Shown: positions 42,038-55,987, numbered from the stretch's first letter. The stretch is DNA of 64,000 bases from Eledone cirrhosa (GCA_964016885.1 OZ024745.1:41850001-41914000); one strand, 5' to 3'. Notes: generated from the sequence alone by a model not told the origin. A program made the numbers and translations.

Positions 42038-43194
42038 AGCAATAACATAACACCAATAACTGCGACATTTATAATATAAACGACAAAGGCAAATATCATT
42101 TGTTGAAGGAAAATCTAAAGACAAATGATCACATTGAAAATAACTGACTGAATGGAGGTCAGAATGACACAAACATGAAAACAACTTTCCGATTTGAAAC
42201 GACAAGATCAAAGACACTTCTCTCTTAGTAGAAATCAATCTATTGAGCTTTTAGATATAATTTTTGGTGTATAGTTTATATTGTAAAAGGAGGACAATAA
42301 AAACAGTTTTAAAAAATCTTTCAAAGATTGCCGAATTCAATTAAAATTTCTGAAATAGATAATGGCAGATATAAAGAGCTACAAAAACTATCCAACATAT
42401 TATGTCTTAAAGCGGCGGTAGCCAGACTCTGTACAAAATAAAACAAATATGTCTCCATACAAAAATAGCCACAGAAATCGCTCATATATAACTTGTCGTG
42501 AAACAAGTATACTGAGAATGGCCGATATAAAAATGTCTTAACGTTTAATAAACCACAAACACTATTCAATTTAGTAGCACAGAACAAAAATAAAATCCAA
42601 CCAGAACAAAACGAAAAGTCTCACAGAAAGAATAGCAATATATTTGAAAATACACTAGCTGTCTGTGGGATAATAAACAACGTCAGTAAATGCTCTTCGT
42701 CTGATACAAGTGAAATTATTTTACGACATTGCTCGAGTTTTACTAAGTACAAGGCCAATGTTCGTAGAAGCCTCTACAAAATATTCATCCCCACGCTCTA
42801 TAGATCACATGCTAGAGTTACATTGGAATATATATCTGTTCTATTTATTTATACCAAGAGATAAATTTGTCACTACTTTTAAACTCTCTCGTCTAACTGA
42901 AAGATTAGAAAAATGTACGATTAAGTAAACGGAATTTCGTCAGAATTGTTGTTGTTTAGATCCAAATCAACTTTGATTAAACAGATCTGTGACCAAAGGC
43001 ATTCCACCCGAAACTATTCGACGTTTGGCAAGCACAGCACATCTAAGGCTAAGTGATGTTTAGCTTTTAGGTAGAGATACTTGCATAATAACTGATACTG
43101 TAGCTTAGATAGAATCACGTATTGGTATCCATCAGTAGATAGGTTGGGAAAATGCGGGAACGTTTGTGAATAAATGGTTGGATAGATGTATATA

Positions 43195-43754
43195 TGTTAC
43201 TCTGGAATTTCTCCTGTGTACTGACAGAATTTACCTTTACCTTTTTTTAATATCTTTGTCAAGGCAGAATTCTAGGAGAAGGAAAACTCTGATATAACAC
43301 CTGAAACCCTGATGGTATCCAATGATGTTGACTTGTTCTTCTTTTTGGTAAATATCATCTTGGTTAAGAGAGTGGGACTGGATTTGTGCAGTGCCTTTGC
43401 TCACTATAATAGCTTCACGGCACAGGCATTGCTTTGTATCTGGAGATCTCTCTGCACTTGTCATCACATGGTACCGTGGGCCCAGCACTATGTGTCAATA
43501 ATTGTCACAAGTATAGTGTTTGTACCAGAGTTTTCAAGTCGCTGGCTGGACTAAAAAGTCACACTCGTTCAGCGCATCGGTAGGGGTTCTCCTACATGGA
43601 TATAAAGTAGTGGCCGTACTCGAAAACGAGTTGGCAGCCACCATATATGTATGTATGAATGGATGGATGAATGCATGAATGTATGTATGTATGTATTTAT
43701 ATAAATATATATATGTGTGTATGTGTGTGTATGTGTGTGTGTGCGTGTGTGCGC

Positions 43755-43825
<71 letters not shown>

Positions 43826-43884
43826 ATATTAGAAAAAGGTAAAGGTAAATTCTGTGAGTACACAGGAGAAATTCCAGAGTAACA
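43195..43884. repeat. 60-bp inverted repeat pair (43195-43254 / 43825-43884)
   Basis: TGTTACTCTGGAATTTCTCCTGTGTACTGACAGAATTTACCTTTACC... versus ...GGTAAAGGTAAATTCTGTGAGTACACAGGAGAAATTCCAGAGTAACA. Confidence 0.9.
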
Positions 43885-44871
43885 AGATTGAGCTTGACCC
43901 TAATAAAGAATATACATATATATATATATTACTTGCAACTTGCTATTATTTAGGCTTACAGCAACTTATGAGAAATGGCGTAGACCTACAAGTTAATTAG
44001 AACTCGAGAAAGAGACCACGTGATCATGGCTGTAAGGAATCTGATGACGAATCCAAGTAGATTAGAAATGTTGATGGACCAACTGGTGAAGTCTCCTTCT
44101 GACGTAAGATTTTATCCCGAAGTTCTATACACCCAAACTGAATATGTCTTTTTATAGAGTTAATTATCTTACTGAATGGTGTCTTACGCTATTATTGATA
44201 TCTTGTGTTTCTAGTAGATACTAAATGTTATCGTTCATTCTGACCGCTTCACTTACATAAAGACATCTACATGGACCGAACTGCGCGCACTCACGCACAG
44301 GAACACACACACACACACACCGTCAAACACATACTAACTTTCAGCGTTACTCAATGTTAAACTCTGTATACGCTTATGAGCTTAGTGAAACAACATATAT
44401 CAATAAAAACACATATCAGCATTTACATTTCCTGTTAGATATTTTACTTCTCTTCCTCTCTTTTCTACCTCCATATATCTTTCTTATCAGACTACTACAC
44501 GTAACCTACCGTAAATGGAATATATATTATATACAGTTACACACCTCATCCATTACCATATTCTCCATTCTCTCTTGCCATTTTTTCTTCTCTCGTCTAC
44601 TGCTTCATAGTTCTTATTAGCTCTTCATTTCGTGTTGCTGCTGAATTTGTTGAGCCCATGGTCAGCTTCGGCCAATCGAATATATGATCAAAATGGTTCT
44701 ACACTATTCAGAAATAGTGTATCTTGGAAGAGATTTTTTAATTTTGTCTTTCATATTTTAAGATGGTAGGGTGCAATTTAAGGGATGCGTCGCTGGTATT
44801 TCTATCAAATAGAACTGTCACGTAGAAGACTTTCCTATTAGGTTGTAGCTTCTTATTTTGTTGAGAGTCAT

Positions 44872-44994
44872 GTTGTTGGCATTACATAAACGGACGGCAG
44901 TTTGAGGTGATGTTGGTGGTATAACATAAACGGACGGCAGTTTGAGGTGATGTTGATGTCATATCATATATGAACGGCAGTGTGATTGAATGTT
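44872..44994. repeat. ~41-bp minisatellite, 3 copies
   Basis: ACATAAACGGACGGCAGTTTGAGGTGATGTTG twice, plus a degenerate third copy. Confidence 0.85.
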
Positions 44995-46085
44995 ACACAG
45001 TAATTAGTCTTCACCCTTAAATTTCACCCTTTCACTGAGTTCAAATTTTTCAGAGGGTCAACTTTGATTTTCAATCAGGTTCGTAGAATAAGATAGCAGC
45101 CAATTATCAAGATGGATTTTACTGACTATATCTCACGCCTCACTAACCCTGACTATACCCAACATCCCACTAACATTCAGAACCATGAAACTAATGCAAG
45201 AAACCCCTATCATATTTAGTTTTCTCGTTCTCCCTTAACATTCTTTCTTCGACACACATACATACACATGCACTATCAAAAGCGCATACAAGCACATACA
45301 CATACGATCCCAAACATTTATATGCACCTGCACACATATATGCACACAAGTAAATGCATAAATAAGTAACAAGCAACATATTTATAGCCTAGCATATATT
45401 GACTGATATAAACACATAGATGTGAACCTTCACATACACACAAACACACAAGTGCTTGCGAATATACACATGGACATAAACAAATAGATGCACATACACT
45501 TAAATATAAAGAAATACACACACACACACAAATGCATCAGCACATCTATACATTCACAGATACAGAGATAGAGGAAGAGAAATGCACATATACACAGAAA
45601 TACTCACACAAATGAACACACATACACACACAAACGAACCCGAACACACATACAAGCACACAGATAAACACACGTTGAAGCGACCTAGTTCAAACGAGAA
45701 ATGCAATATTTCACCAACTTCTTGAAAGCTGTGACTCTCACATTTCCCTCTAATTAAACTGTTAAAAAGATATATTACGCAAATCAAAAGCACGCAGTCT
45801 GACTCTTGTGTCTACAAAAGGGTCAGTCTGTTTGTCTGTCGGTCTGCCGGTCTGAACCATACACAGCGAATGGCGACTAAAACGAGGTAAGGTTCTGAGA
45901 AGGAAAGAGGTGAATGTGTAGGTGTGACCGTATGCATGCATGTCTATGTATGCGTATGGTATGTGTATGCGCGTGTGTATGTTTGTGCGTGTGTGTGAGC
46001 GCCCCTGTGTGGATGTCTTTATATATGTGGCCATATGTATATACGTGCGGGTATGCGTGTGTCTATGTATGAGAGAGGGGGTGGG

Positions 46086-46143
<58 letters not shown>

Positions 46144-46341
46144 AGAGGCACTGATGAAAGAAAGAAAGTGAATGCAGGCGTTGTGAGTGAGAGAAAATAC
46201 AAAAGTGAGAACATTAAATAAGGAGAGAAAGAATGTAGAAATCCGTGGAGTTGTGGATTCCTGGCTTGAGTAGAGGGAGAAATAGGGAAAGAGAAAAACT
46301 GAACAGATAAAAGGAATAAAGTCAATGTAATTAAAATAGAG

Positions 46342-46404
<63 letters not shown>

Positions 46405-46458
46405 GCATATATATAAATATACACATATATATATTTATACACGCATATATATATACAC

Positions 46459-46490
<32 letters not shown>

Positions 46491-46652
46491 AAATATATAT
46501 TCACAGAGAGAGAGGGGGATGTAGGTGGCTCTAATGTGATGCCGTAAATCATGGACAATAGAAATCGGTTTGGGAAGAAAATATAAGAATAGTAACGGGA
46601 AAGAGGAGAAAAGGAAAAAAGAGAGCGATATTCATGCTCCCCCCTTTCTCTA

Positions 46653-46693
<41 letters not shown>

Positions 46694-46842
46694 CACTCTC
46701 GCTCCCTCTCTCACACTCACACACACATACATAGGTGCAAATACGTGTGCGCACACTCACCCAAACAGACATATGCACACACATGTATGTATTTTTATGT
46801 CTCTACAGCTTCAAATGCTGTTTTAGTGCTACCGCCAATTAC

Positions 46843-46888
<46 letters not shown>

Positions 46889-47040
46889 ATGCGTGTGTGT
46901 GTGTGCGTGTATATATATATATATATATATATGGAGTTAATCAAAATTGCCAATTAAAGAATTTTCATGCTCAATATATTTATGTCATTATAGAAAGAAA
47001 TGTAGAAATGGTGGTGTTTCAGAAAAGAATAAGTGACACA

Positions 47041-47228
47041 TAATTGTTTCTATATTAGGCACAAGGCCAGCAATTATCCAGTACATTACTGGTACTTTAT
47101 TTTATCGACCCCGTAAGGATGAAAGGCAAAGTTAACCTCGGCAGGATTTGAACTCAGATCGTAAAGGGACGTAACTATGCTGGAAAGCATGTCCGACCCT
47201 CTACCGATACTGCCAATTCACCGCCCTT
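47041..47228 (-). mobile_element. SINE family A, full length, with TSD
   Basis: TSD TAAGTGACACATAAT at 47030-47044 and 47228-47242. Confidence 0.94.
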
Positions 47229-47520
47229 AAGTGACACATAATAACACTACATCTACAATGAATTAAGATGGTAGGATATATTTCTCATATCATTCAATAA
47301 CGTTACACATGTTTCAATACAAATAATTTAAGAGATTCTTATGTACGTATGGTCCCGTAACTCCTGATAGAGTGTTATGGGTACCGTATTGACATATGGC
47401 ATTTCTTGGGCATTTTAAGCCTGGCGGAACCTATCCCTCTCCAAGCCTGAGTACAGCAGATTTCTTCCAGAGAAAGTTAGAAAGTGAGAGAGGGGAAATG
47501 AGAAAGAGATATAGAGGAAG

Positions 47521-47640
47521 AATCGACCCCCAGTACTAGACTGGTACTTTTTTATCGACCTCGAAAGGATGAAAGGCAAAGAGAGCAGAGAGACGGAACA
47601 AATACCATAAAGCATTCTAACCGACGTTCTAACGACTCCA
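47521..47640 (-). mobile_element. Old SINE copy with internal deletion
   Basis: AATCGACCCCCAGTACTAGACTGGTACTTTTTATCGACCTCGAAAGGATGAAAGGCAAAG. Confidence 0.75.
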
Positions 47641-47746
47641 TTATGTCCTAATATAATATAGTAAATATATATATATAGGGAGAAATATGTTGAGTATAAC
47701 AAAGCTTCTTTAAATATTGTATAGGGGAAATATAAATAATTATATA

Positions 47747-47968
47747 ATGATTTCTTTCTACTATAGGCACAAGGCCAGTAACTTGGTGGGAGAAGAAAGT
47801 CGATTAAATCGACGCCAGTACATTACTGGTGCTTTATTTTATCGACCCCGTAAGGATGAAAGGCAAAGTTAACCTCGGTGGGTTTGAACTCAGACCGTAA
47901 AGGACCGTATCTCTATGCTGCAAAGCATGGTGTCCAACTCTCTACCGATAATACCAATCCACCGCCCT
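47747..47968 (-). mobile_element. SINE family A, long-3' variant, with TSD
   Basis: Extra ~25-nt segment containing GTCGATTAAATCGAC; TSD TTATATAATGA at 47740-47750 and 47968-47978. Confidence 0.9.
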
Positions 47969-48156
47969 TATATAATGACATAATATACAGCAAGCCCGAA
48001 AGAAAAGGATTGTCGGACCTTTGGAGGACTGCATCTGAATTCTACTATATTGTTATAACTTAAGCACTAGTTAAATTGCTTGTATTGAAGCATATAATTG
48101 AAACATTTGTAAGGCTATTAAATGATTTGAGAAATATATACAATCATCTAAATATG

Positions 48157-48207
<51 letters not shown>

Positions 48208-48257
48208 GTTCGTAGCTGAGAGGTCTGATTTTAGAGCGCTGAGAATAAAGGATGATA

Positions 48258-48460
48258 AAATGGCTCATAAAACATGGGTGAAGACCCCTAAAAGACGGAA
48301 AAAGAAGTTGCCATTGGTTGCTAAGCGGAATCGAACAATAATCTTGGAGATATGAGGTTCAATTCCTTACAGCGGTCGATGGCAACATCTTTTTTTTTTA
48401 ACAGGTTTATATACTGTCTATAAGCTATTTCATAGCATCTCTGCGCATGAGCACATCATC
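48258..48460. mobile_element. Diverged fold-back element with central B-box-like motifs
   Basis: Arms 48258-48319 and 48376-48430 are inverted and both match 7321-7403; centre has GGAATCGAAC and GGTTCAATTCC. Confidence 0.55.
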
Positions 48461-48480
48461 TTTTACATTAATGTTTATGC

Positions 48481-48595
<115 letters not shown>

Positions 48596-48870
48596 AAAAC
48601 ATTAACTACTAGGTAGTTAGTTTTGCGTTTGTATAATTCCAATCAGTATAAATGTTGTAATTAGATTCAAGCACTCAACCTCGTGTCTATATTCTCAATT
48701 CTGATGTGGTATCACATGGGTGGTACATGATGGTGTATTGCCTTAATACGCATTTTTGAGTTGTCGTGCATAATAACGCAATAATGTGAACATGCAATTT
48801 CTGACGACATCTTCAGACATGCATTCGATGTTGCTATTTAAAAGGTCTGTCTTATATATATATATATATA

Positions 48871-49442
48871 AATGTACATACTGTATATTGTATAATATAC
48901 AGGATGTTGATGAAAAACATTTGAAGGCCCTTTGCTCTGAACTTTTAAGGTTGTGACCATCGTCACACACCTAACCTCAGCAAACACAGGTGGAGTAATC
49001 AACAATGCCATCGTTTCTCACTTATTAACGTTTATCAAGATTACATATCTCCCTGCTTTTATTAAGGTTAAAGTACGCTACAATCTTATAGGTTTCTGCT
49101 TAAGTTTATGAGCTGATGAAACGCATTTGCATACGGAGCGCTAGCCGATCAGGCTTAAGTTTTTAAAAAAAATTTGTATTGGTGGTTCTACATGGTTCTA
49201 CATGGTATACATATAAATGTACGTATTGTATATTGACTAATATACGGGATGTTTATGAAAAATATTTGAACGCTATTCGCTATGAATTTTTGCTGAGGCT
49301 AGGTGGGTGACGATGGTCACAACCTTAACCATTCATAGTGAAAGGCCTTTAACTGTTTTTCTTAAACATTCCCTATATTATTCAATATATATAATACGTA
49401 CATTTATATGTATACCGCTATGTAGGAACACCAATACAAATT
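48871..49442. mobile_element. MITE-like fold-back with an inverted partial duplicate
   Basis: IR ~49171-49286 / 49332-49442; 48871-48984 is an inverted copy of ~49289-49405; TATACRGGATGTT resembles Tc1/mariner ends. Confidence 0.55.
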
Positions 49443-49696
49443 ATATATATATATATATATATATACACCTACATATAACACATTTTTTTTAATATAAATA
49501 CAGATGTAGACATAAAATATCGGGTTCATAATGTAATAAAAAGTTTATAGATACTAATGCACATACACATGATCTCACACACACACTGATATACATACTC
49601 TGATATGAATAAACACATACACACACATAAAGGTAGAGAAAGCGAAAAATATGTATGTATGCGATGAGAGAGAGAAAGAGATAAACAGATAGATAA

Positions 49697-49765
<69 letters not shown>

Positions 49766-50394
49766 GAGAGGGTAAGAGAGAGAGTGGGTGAGAGAGAATG
49801 AGAGACCCGTCCATAAAACCAAGACATATTACAATTGAGAGTATTTGTCTGCAAAAGGTACAGTATGGGTAATTGAGCTTTAATACTTATCAAAGTTTAT
49901 TACATTGACTGATGTGGGTATAAGCGAGCAAACAACAAAGATCTCCGTTAATATCCTTAATTGAATAAACAAATTATTTAACCATGTCAATATAGACTCG
50001 AATTGGAAAGTGACGTTTTCTTTAGATAGGTAAATCTGAGAGTGTAAGTCCATAATATTAATTATCGTTAAGTATGTATACGTGCGGATGTTTACTCTAG
50101 CATATTAATGGAATGCGGATATCTGTATTAGACAGTAGTTATTACATTTATTATTTTACACCTGAATATGTCATATATATTTATATACATATAATACTTA
50201 TACATATATGTGTGTGTGCTTGTATGTGTGAGTATGTGAATATGTGTGTGGCTGCGTGTGTGTATTTGTGTATGTATGTGTGTATGTATGTATGAATGTA
50301 TGTATGTATACATGTATGAATCAGTACACTTTGAGTTTACAGATGGGAATGAATGTGTACTTTCCAAGAGATAGGATATGTTTCATCCACTTAA

Positions 50395-50575
50395 GCCCGT
50401 GGAATGGACCACCGTCGATGTCGACGATGAGTTTTCCAAGTGTTCAGTCAACTGGACAGCCTACTTGTGAAAATAACGTGTATGAGGTTGAGCATTACAC
50501 AGACACGTGCACCTTAATCTAATTTTCAGGGAGACTCAGCATGACATTGTAGGACAAAGACTGGCTCTTTGAATT
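50395..50575 (-). mobile_element. Degraded SINE family B 3' body
   Basis: TCAGTCAACTGGACAGCCTACTTGTGAAAATAACGTG...ACAGACACGTGCACCTTAA...CTGGCTCTTTGAATT. Confidence 0.6.
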
Positions 50576-51099
50576 TTATGTAAAGTCAAACCGATGGATT
50601 TTCAAACATTTTCTGTCTACCTAATAATCACATTTTAATTTTCGAGTTGAAAATACATCAGGTATTTAAGACCTCGCGTCTCCATAATAGAGGTTTGGCG
50701 TGTATCAACAAATATTTTATACGAAAATAGTGCACCCTACTATTTTCATGTATTTTATTTCAGTTCATCTGGTTGTCGGTTATAAATATCAGGATATATC
50801 TCAATGATTTGGGAACATGAATTTTATTTTCATTGATATAGAGTTTTATTCATTTCCAACAATAACTTAGGTTATAATTTGTTAATGTTACACTTATGTT
50901 ATTGTTTAACCTCCAAGTCAGTTTTGACCGAGTAGACTTATGGACAAAAGATTTCTATGCGCGACGTCTTTTTATATATTCTGGACTACATTTTCCAATA
51001 CATCCGTCCCTTTTTAATGAAAATAGGCTGGAAGGAGATTTAGCTATTGTTTCTAGTAATCGATTTCCCCGATATTCCATAAAATATTAATAGAATATC

Positions 51100-51446
51100 T
51101 CTGATCACTCTTTCGATCACTCTTTCGATCAAATCTGATCCGAGGTACAAGAACACAAAAGCTGCTCCGTGACAACTTAACAACAAAGCAGCTACGAAGT
51201 CTAACAACAACCAATCCACTCCAAAGGTGATTCGAGGTTAAAAACAACAACACCGAAGTTGATCTGAGATGACAAAACGATACCGAAGTTGATCGGAGGT
51301 GACACAACAACAACACCTGAGTTGATCCGAGGTGACACTGCAACAACACCAAAGCTGATCAAGGCTACACAACAACAGCGAAATTGATCCGAGGCGATAG
51401 AACAACACTAACACAGATCCGAAGGTGCACAACACCAACTTCACCG
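51100..51446. repeat. Degenerate ~30-bp minisatellite
   Basis: Recurrent CAACAACACCGAAGTTGATCCGAGGTGACA-like units. Confidence 0.85.
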
Positions 51447-51853
51447 ATTAATTTAACGAATTTTATGACATTTGCTTCCCCTTTTTTAATCTTCTTAACG
51501 TTTTGCTTTTCGCTCATAAAACATGAGGGAATATTGTCTCTTGAAATACTGCCTATAACTTCTATAAATATTACATGTCGCATAGTCCCTTTACGTAGGA
51601 CTTACATATTAATGAGTGTAGCTTAAATCCAGTCGTTTGATCTCCTAGTAATAGTAGCCAAACCTTCATAAAACGACACACTACCAGGCTTAAAGTAGAA
51701 GGGTTACATTGGCACAAGATCACACATTGGAAGTAGTGTATAGTTAATTAAATCAATTTGTTACTTGACTGGAACTCTATAGTGGTAATAATAATTGATT
51801 CTCATCTAGTTACAATGCCAGCAATATTAGCGTTGGAGAAGTCGATTTATATA

Positions 51854-52018
51854 TATCTATCTAGGGCGGGTAAAATTCCCGACATCCATGGACGAGTTCT
51901 CTCCAGCGGTCTCTGTCACTCATCATCGCTGCCATGTCCTGCGTCTCCAGTCTCTGTCCTTAGGGCATCAATATTTGTCAACCTCGGTCTCGCTCCTCCA
52001 GTGTGTCCATGCAGGGGC

Positions 52019-52022
<4 letters not shown>
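51854..52022 (-). mobile_element. RTE-type LINE 3' end
   Basis: [26 protein letters not shown] and CCCGCCCTAGATAGATA tail on the minus strand. Confidence 0.88.
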
Positions 52023-52100
<78 letters not shown>

Positions 52101-52918
52101 GAGCCCCTGCATGGACACACATATTCATATACAGATATATATGTATATATATTAAAAAAGCTCTCATACGCTTACATATATGAATTTATATATGAGTACA
52201 TATATATATATATGCATGTATATCACATATATGAGTCTGTGTGCAAGTTTGTGTAAGTGTGTGTGTGTGCGAGCGTATGTGTTAGTGTACGGATGCTTGT
52301 GTGTGGGAATGTGTGTGTGAGTGTGTGGGGGGGGGGGGGGTAAATTTCAGATTTTCTGTGAATAATTCCTGGGAAATAATTTTCTAAGTATAATGTACCA
52401 AAATGTCTTTGATAATTATACAGTCACTTAAAATAAGTGGACGCAGAATGTAGTGACAGTCTTATTCGCCTTTCCATTACATAATCTGAGACACACTACT
52501 TGAAATGCCAACACTTAACATTCAATTTGCTGTTTAATATAATACTAGGGTAATATCATGGTAATGCAACATAAAATCCAACACTAAAGCAATCAACCAA
52601 AAACAATAAAGAAAATTAAAATGAATTCACAGCTGAGCGGTACCGATCTTAAGTGTGTGTGTAAGCATTAATATTAGCAACCTACACCAGTCTAGAACAC
52701 CAGGCGCAAGCTGGCTCATAGTTCCAGCGGACAGAATAGGGTAAGTGTTACTCTAGAGGATATCGCGAAAGACGCGTTGAAATAACCATTACAACTCACT
52801 CCTGCACGTGACCAACTCTGCCCCGATTGCAGTGAGTATGAAGTTAGTTGAATCAATTTGAAAAATGTTCTGCACATGCTAAACATTAGCAAGAAATTAG
52901 TACTTATGTCATGTATGG

Positions 52919-52959
52919 AGCCAATCCTGCGACTTCTTGATGGAGTCGCAGGATTGGCT
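52919..52959. other. GC-rich hairpin, 18-bp stem and 5-nt loop
   Basis: AGCCAATCCTGCGACTTC-TTGAT-GGAGTCGCAGGATTGGCT. Confidence 0.85.
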
Positions 52960-53069
52960 ATTTTTAATCAAATGGAACTCATTCACTCTCCATTTCTGAA
53001 CCCAACCGATTTCTTCTAGATACGGAAAGAAAGCGATAGAGAGCGAATGAGAAAGAAATATATAGGACG

Positions 53070-53165
53070 AATTAATCTCAGTACTAGACTAGCTGTTTTT
53101 ATCAACCTTGAAATGATGAAAGGTAAATTTGACCGCAGTGCGTTTGGAACTCACAATGCAGAGAG
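53070..53165 (-). mobile_element. Old SINE fragment
   Basis: CAGTACTAGACT...TTTATCAACC...GATGAAAGGTAAATTTGACC...TTGGAACTCA. Confidence 0.55.
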
Positions 53166-55987
53166 CTAGAACGAGTAGTGTGTTATTTTGACTATTACGG
53201 ATGTTCCCGTGATGCGATCGCTTGCACGACCTCAGGCTTCACCCAATTATAGGGAATAACAGTTAATATTTCATAAACTATACCAGGTTGATAGAAGTGT
53301 AATCAACATGGCATAGTATTGTACTTTGGGGATCGCTAGGAGAGAGCTTTTGCAGATAAAGAACAAGTGTAATATTCAACACAGTAGTATTTCGACAATG
53401 TCTATGATTCCATAAAAATGGATGGTACGAAATCATGTTACACTTCTGACGGTTCCAATGTCACAGGATCTAGATATTCGGAAATTAACGTGTGACTAAG
53501 GTTTCCATAGATACGTATAAATAATTCAATGTAATTCTCGGGGATGTTCCACATGACACAGTGTGTAACCCTGCTGACAAATACAACTAATTTTCCACAG
53601 ATAATCTTGGCCAAGGTCATCATTACCATGATCAACGTCGTCATCGTCGTCGCCGTCATCATCATCATCATCATCACCATCGTCATCGTTATTGTCAACA
53701 TCACCATTATCATTATCCTGTTCAGTATCGATCTGACATTCTTTTCGATACCAGCACAGTTTTTGGTACGACACCACACATTTAATTATCGTTAGTTTAT
53801 GTCAAAATATTTGAAGGATGATTATCAGGTATCACCCAAATATCGCCCAATTCCAAGTATTTCATAGCTTACATTGAATATACATTGAATATTCAGTAGT
53901 TTTATATTTTCCCCTTACTGCTATATAAAATTGTTTACGATATATGAACGTTGTATTCTAAACCCTCATATTCGAAGATCAATAATTCGTCGTACAATGT
54001 TAATAACCAATACGTTGTGGGTACTTCTTTTCATACGTATCACCTATACACATTGCATATTTGCATAACTATCTCGTTTGTATTCAGAGCTCAATACTTC
54101 GTGGTACCTTAAATTTAAGGCTCAATGCAACAAAACTTCTATACACAACGCATTACTATATCTGTATAACCTCTGTATAACATTCAAGGATCAATACTTC
54201 AGCGAGTTAATCATTACTGCGGTTCATAAGATCAACACAGAACAAAAACAAACATCATAATCATTTCTCATCTTCCCAACAACACATAACTATTTTTCTG
54301 GTATGTGTCTTAGGTTCAGTAAAAACGATGGATTTTATCACCAACAACTTTTGACACTCTGTGGGGAAACCTGTACTTTGATTTTATACAGGATATATAG
54401 AGAAAGGAAAATTCTTAGAGATCATCACTCTCACATATCTTCGGTTTAAGTGAAACTCAACCCCTCAAACCAGCAAAATATTGTTCAGTTTTACAAATCT
54501 ATCCCTGCTTATATAACTCTGTTTATTTTACCCTGTGTTTCCAGCTTAAATTTAGATGCTTCCGAGTATCTGGGAGTTATGTATCTTAATTTCGAATGCT
54601 TATATAGACAGGAAACCTCAGATTTATGCGAAACGTTTGGTTCTATTTAAATTCTATGAGTGATGAGAGTATTAACGTGAAAAATGTTAAACGGGGGAGC
54701 AAAAACCACGGGCTATAGTAAGGTCATCAATACTTTTTGATAATATTGATCAGATATACTTTTTATAGACCAAGGCTACCGTTAATTAAATATTATTGAA
54801 TATTAATCATTTTGTAGATCTTTGTGGGATGAAAGGCATGTAGGATGTGAACTCAAAATGCAGAGGAAGAAAATTCATTCAAGCCAGCTTAAATCTGTCA
54901 CTGAACCGGGTTTGTCGTCTTGTTGTTAAAATAATTATATATAATGTTAACTATATGTATTGATTAGTAGAGGAAGTGAGGTTTATGGTAAAGGAGAAAT
55001 GGGACTTGGTGGAGTTTATAAACTTCTCAAGAATATTAGCAAACTAAATGAAGCAATTCCAAATGCAAATTGATACTCTCGTCGGGTCAATGGAGGCGCC
55101 TACAACAAATGCGAAGACAACAACAGCAACTTCAACAACAACTGTAGTAACAACAACGATGTTTTAATAAGCTACTAACTCCACAAGACACCAGACAAAA
55201 CGACTGCTTTCTTACGAAAGAAGAGAGTCAGACGACCAAAACGGTGGTATTGAAATATAGAAATATGGTTATTACTTCCTGGTGTGTTGGAGCCGTTTGA
55301 GGCAGCCAAGAGTCTATGTGGTTGACAGACCCGAACATTTCCTATGGATTCGTGGTCCAGTTGAGTTAAATTTTAAAAACAGCAAGAACTATTATAAAAT
55401 AAAAGTATCAACCGTAGTAAGCAATCACCATCATCCTCCACAACAACATACTGTTGTGTGAATGAACTGTCAGTGAATGCACTGCATATAAATGCACTAT
55501 ACATGCACTGTAAACTATTTTCCTATATATCAAAGTATAAGTTTCAAAATATGTTTTTCCCCTTCAGTTAGATATATGTTGGACAGAACATGTAGTCGAG
55601 TAAGTTACAACAAAAAAACGAGAAGAAAATAAGACAAACATTTTCAGTCGATTTGTGATACATTTCAAACCATTCCCATTGGGATAAATTCTAGAGGCAT
55701 TATGTCTAGAAATTGGGTGGCCATTTTGCTATTCTATACATTTTTAAAATCACCAGAACAGGAATTTTAATTTATATTTACGTTTTCGATATGTTGCGTG
55801 GTGTGTTAATTTGCTTAATTTATTTGTAGTGTATATTTATATATTTAATGTTGCGTATATATTTACACGATTATTTACTTGTTAATATAATGAATTATTT
55901 TGCTTCGTGTATGTATATAGATATGTGTATTCGAGCATGTATATATATTTATTTATATACGCACACAAGCATATATATATATATATA

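Noticed and set aside
44038-44075. CTGATGA C GAATC...GATTA GAAA as a standalone ribozyme feature
   Set aside because: Stem II closure broken and stem I weak; kept only as a weak candidate in the window-wide tally
45870-45892. ATGGCGACTAAAACGAG|GTAAGG as a first coding exon
   Set aside because: Plausible donor, but only 17 coding nt and no downstream exon identified
49111-49155. CTGATGA as a hammerhead core
   Set aside because: No GAAA half-core at the required position
51100-51446. ~30-bp repeats as a CRISPR array or repeat protein
   Set aside because: Degenerate contiguous units, no unique spacers, no cas genes, eukaryotic context
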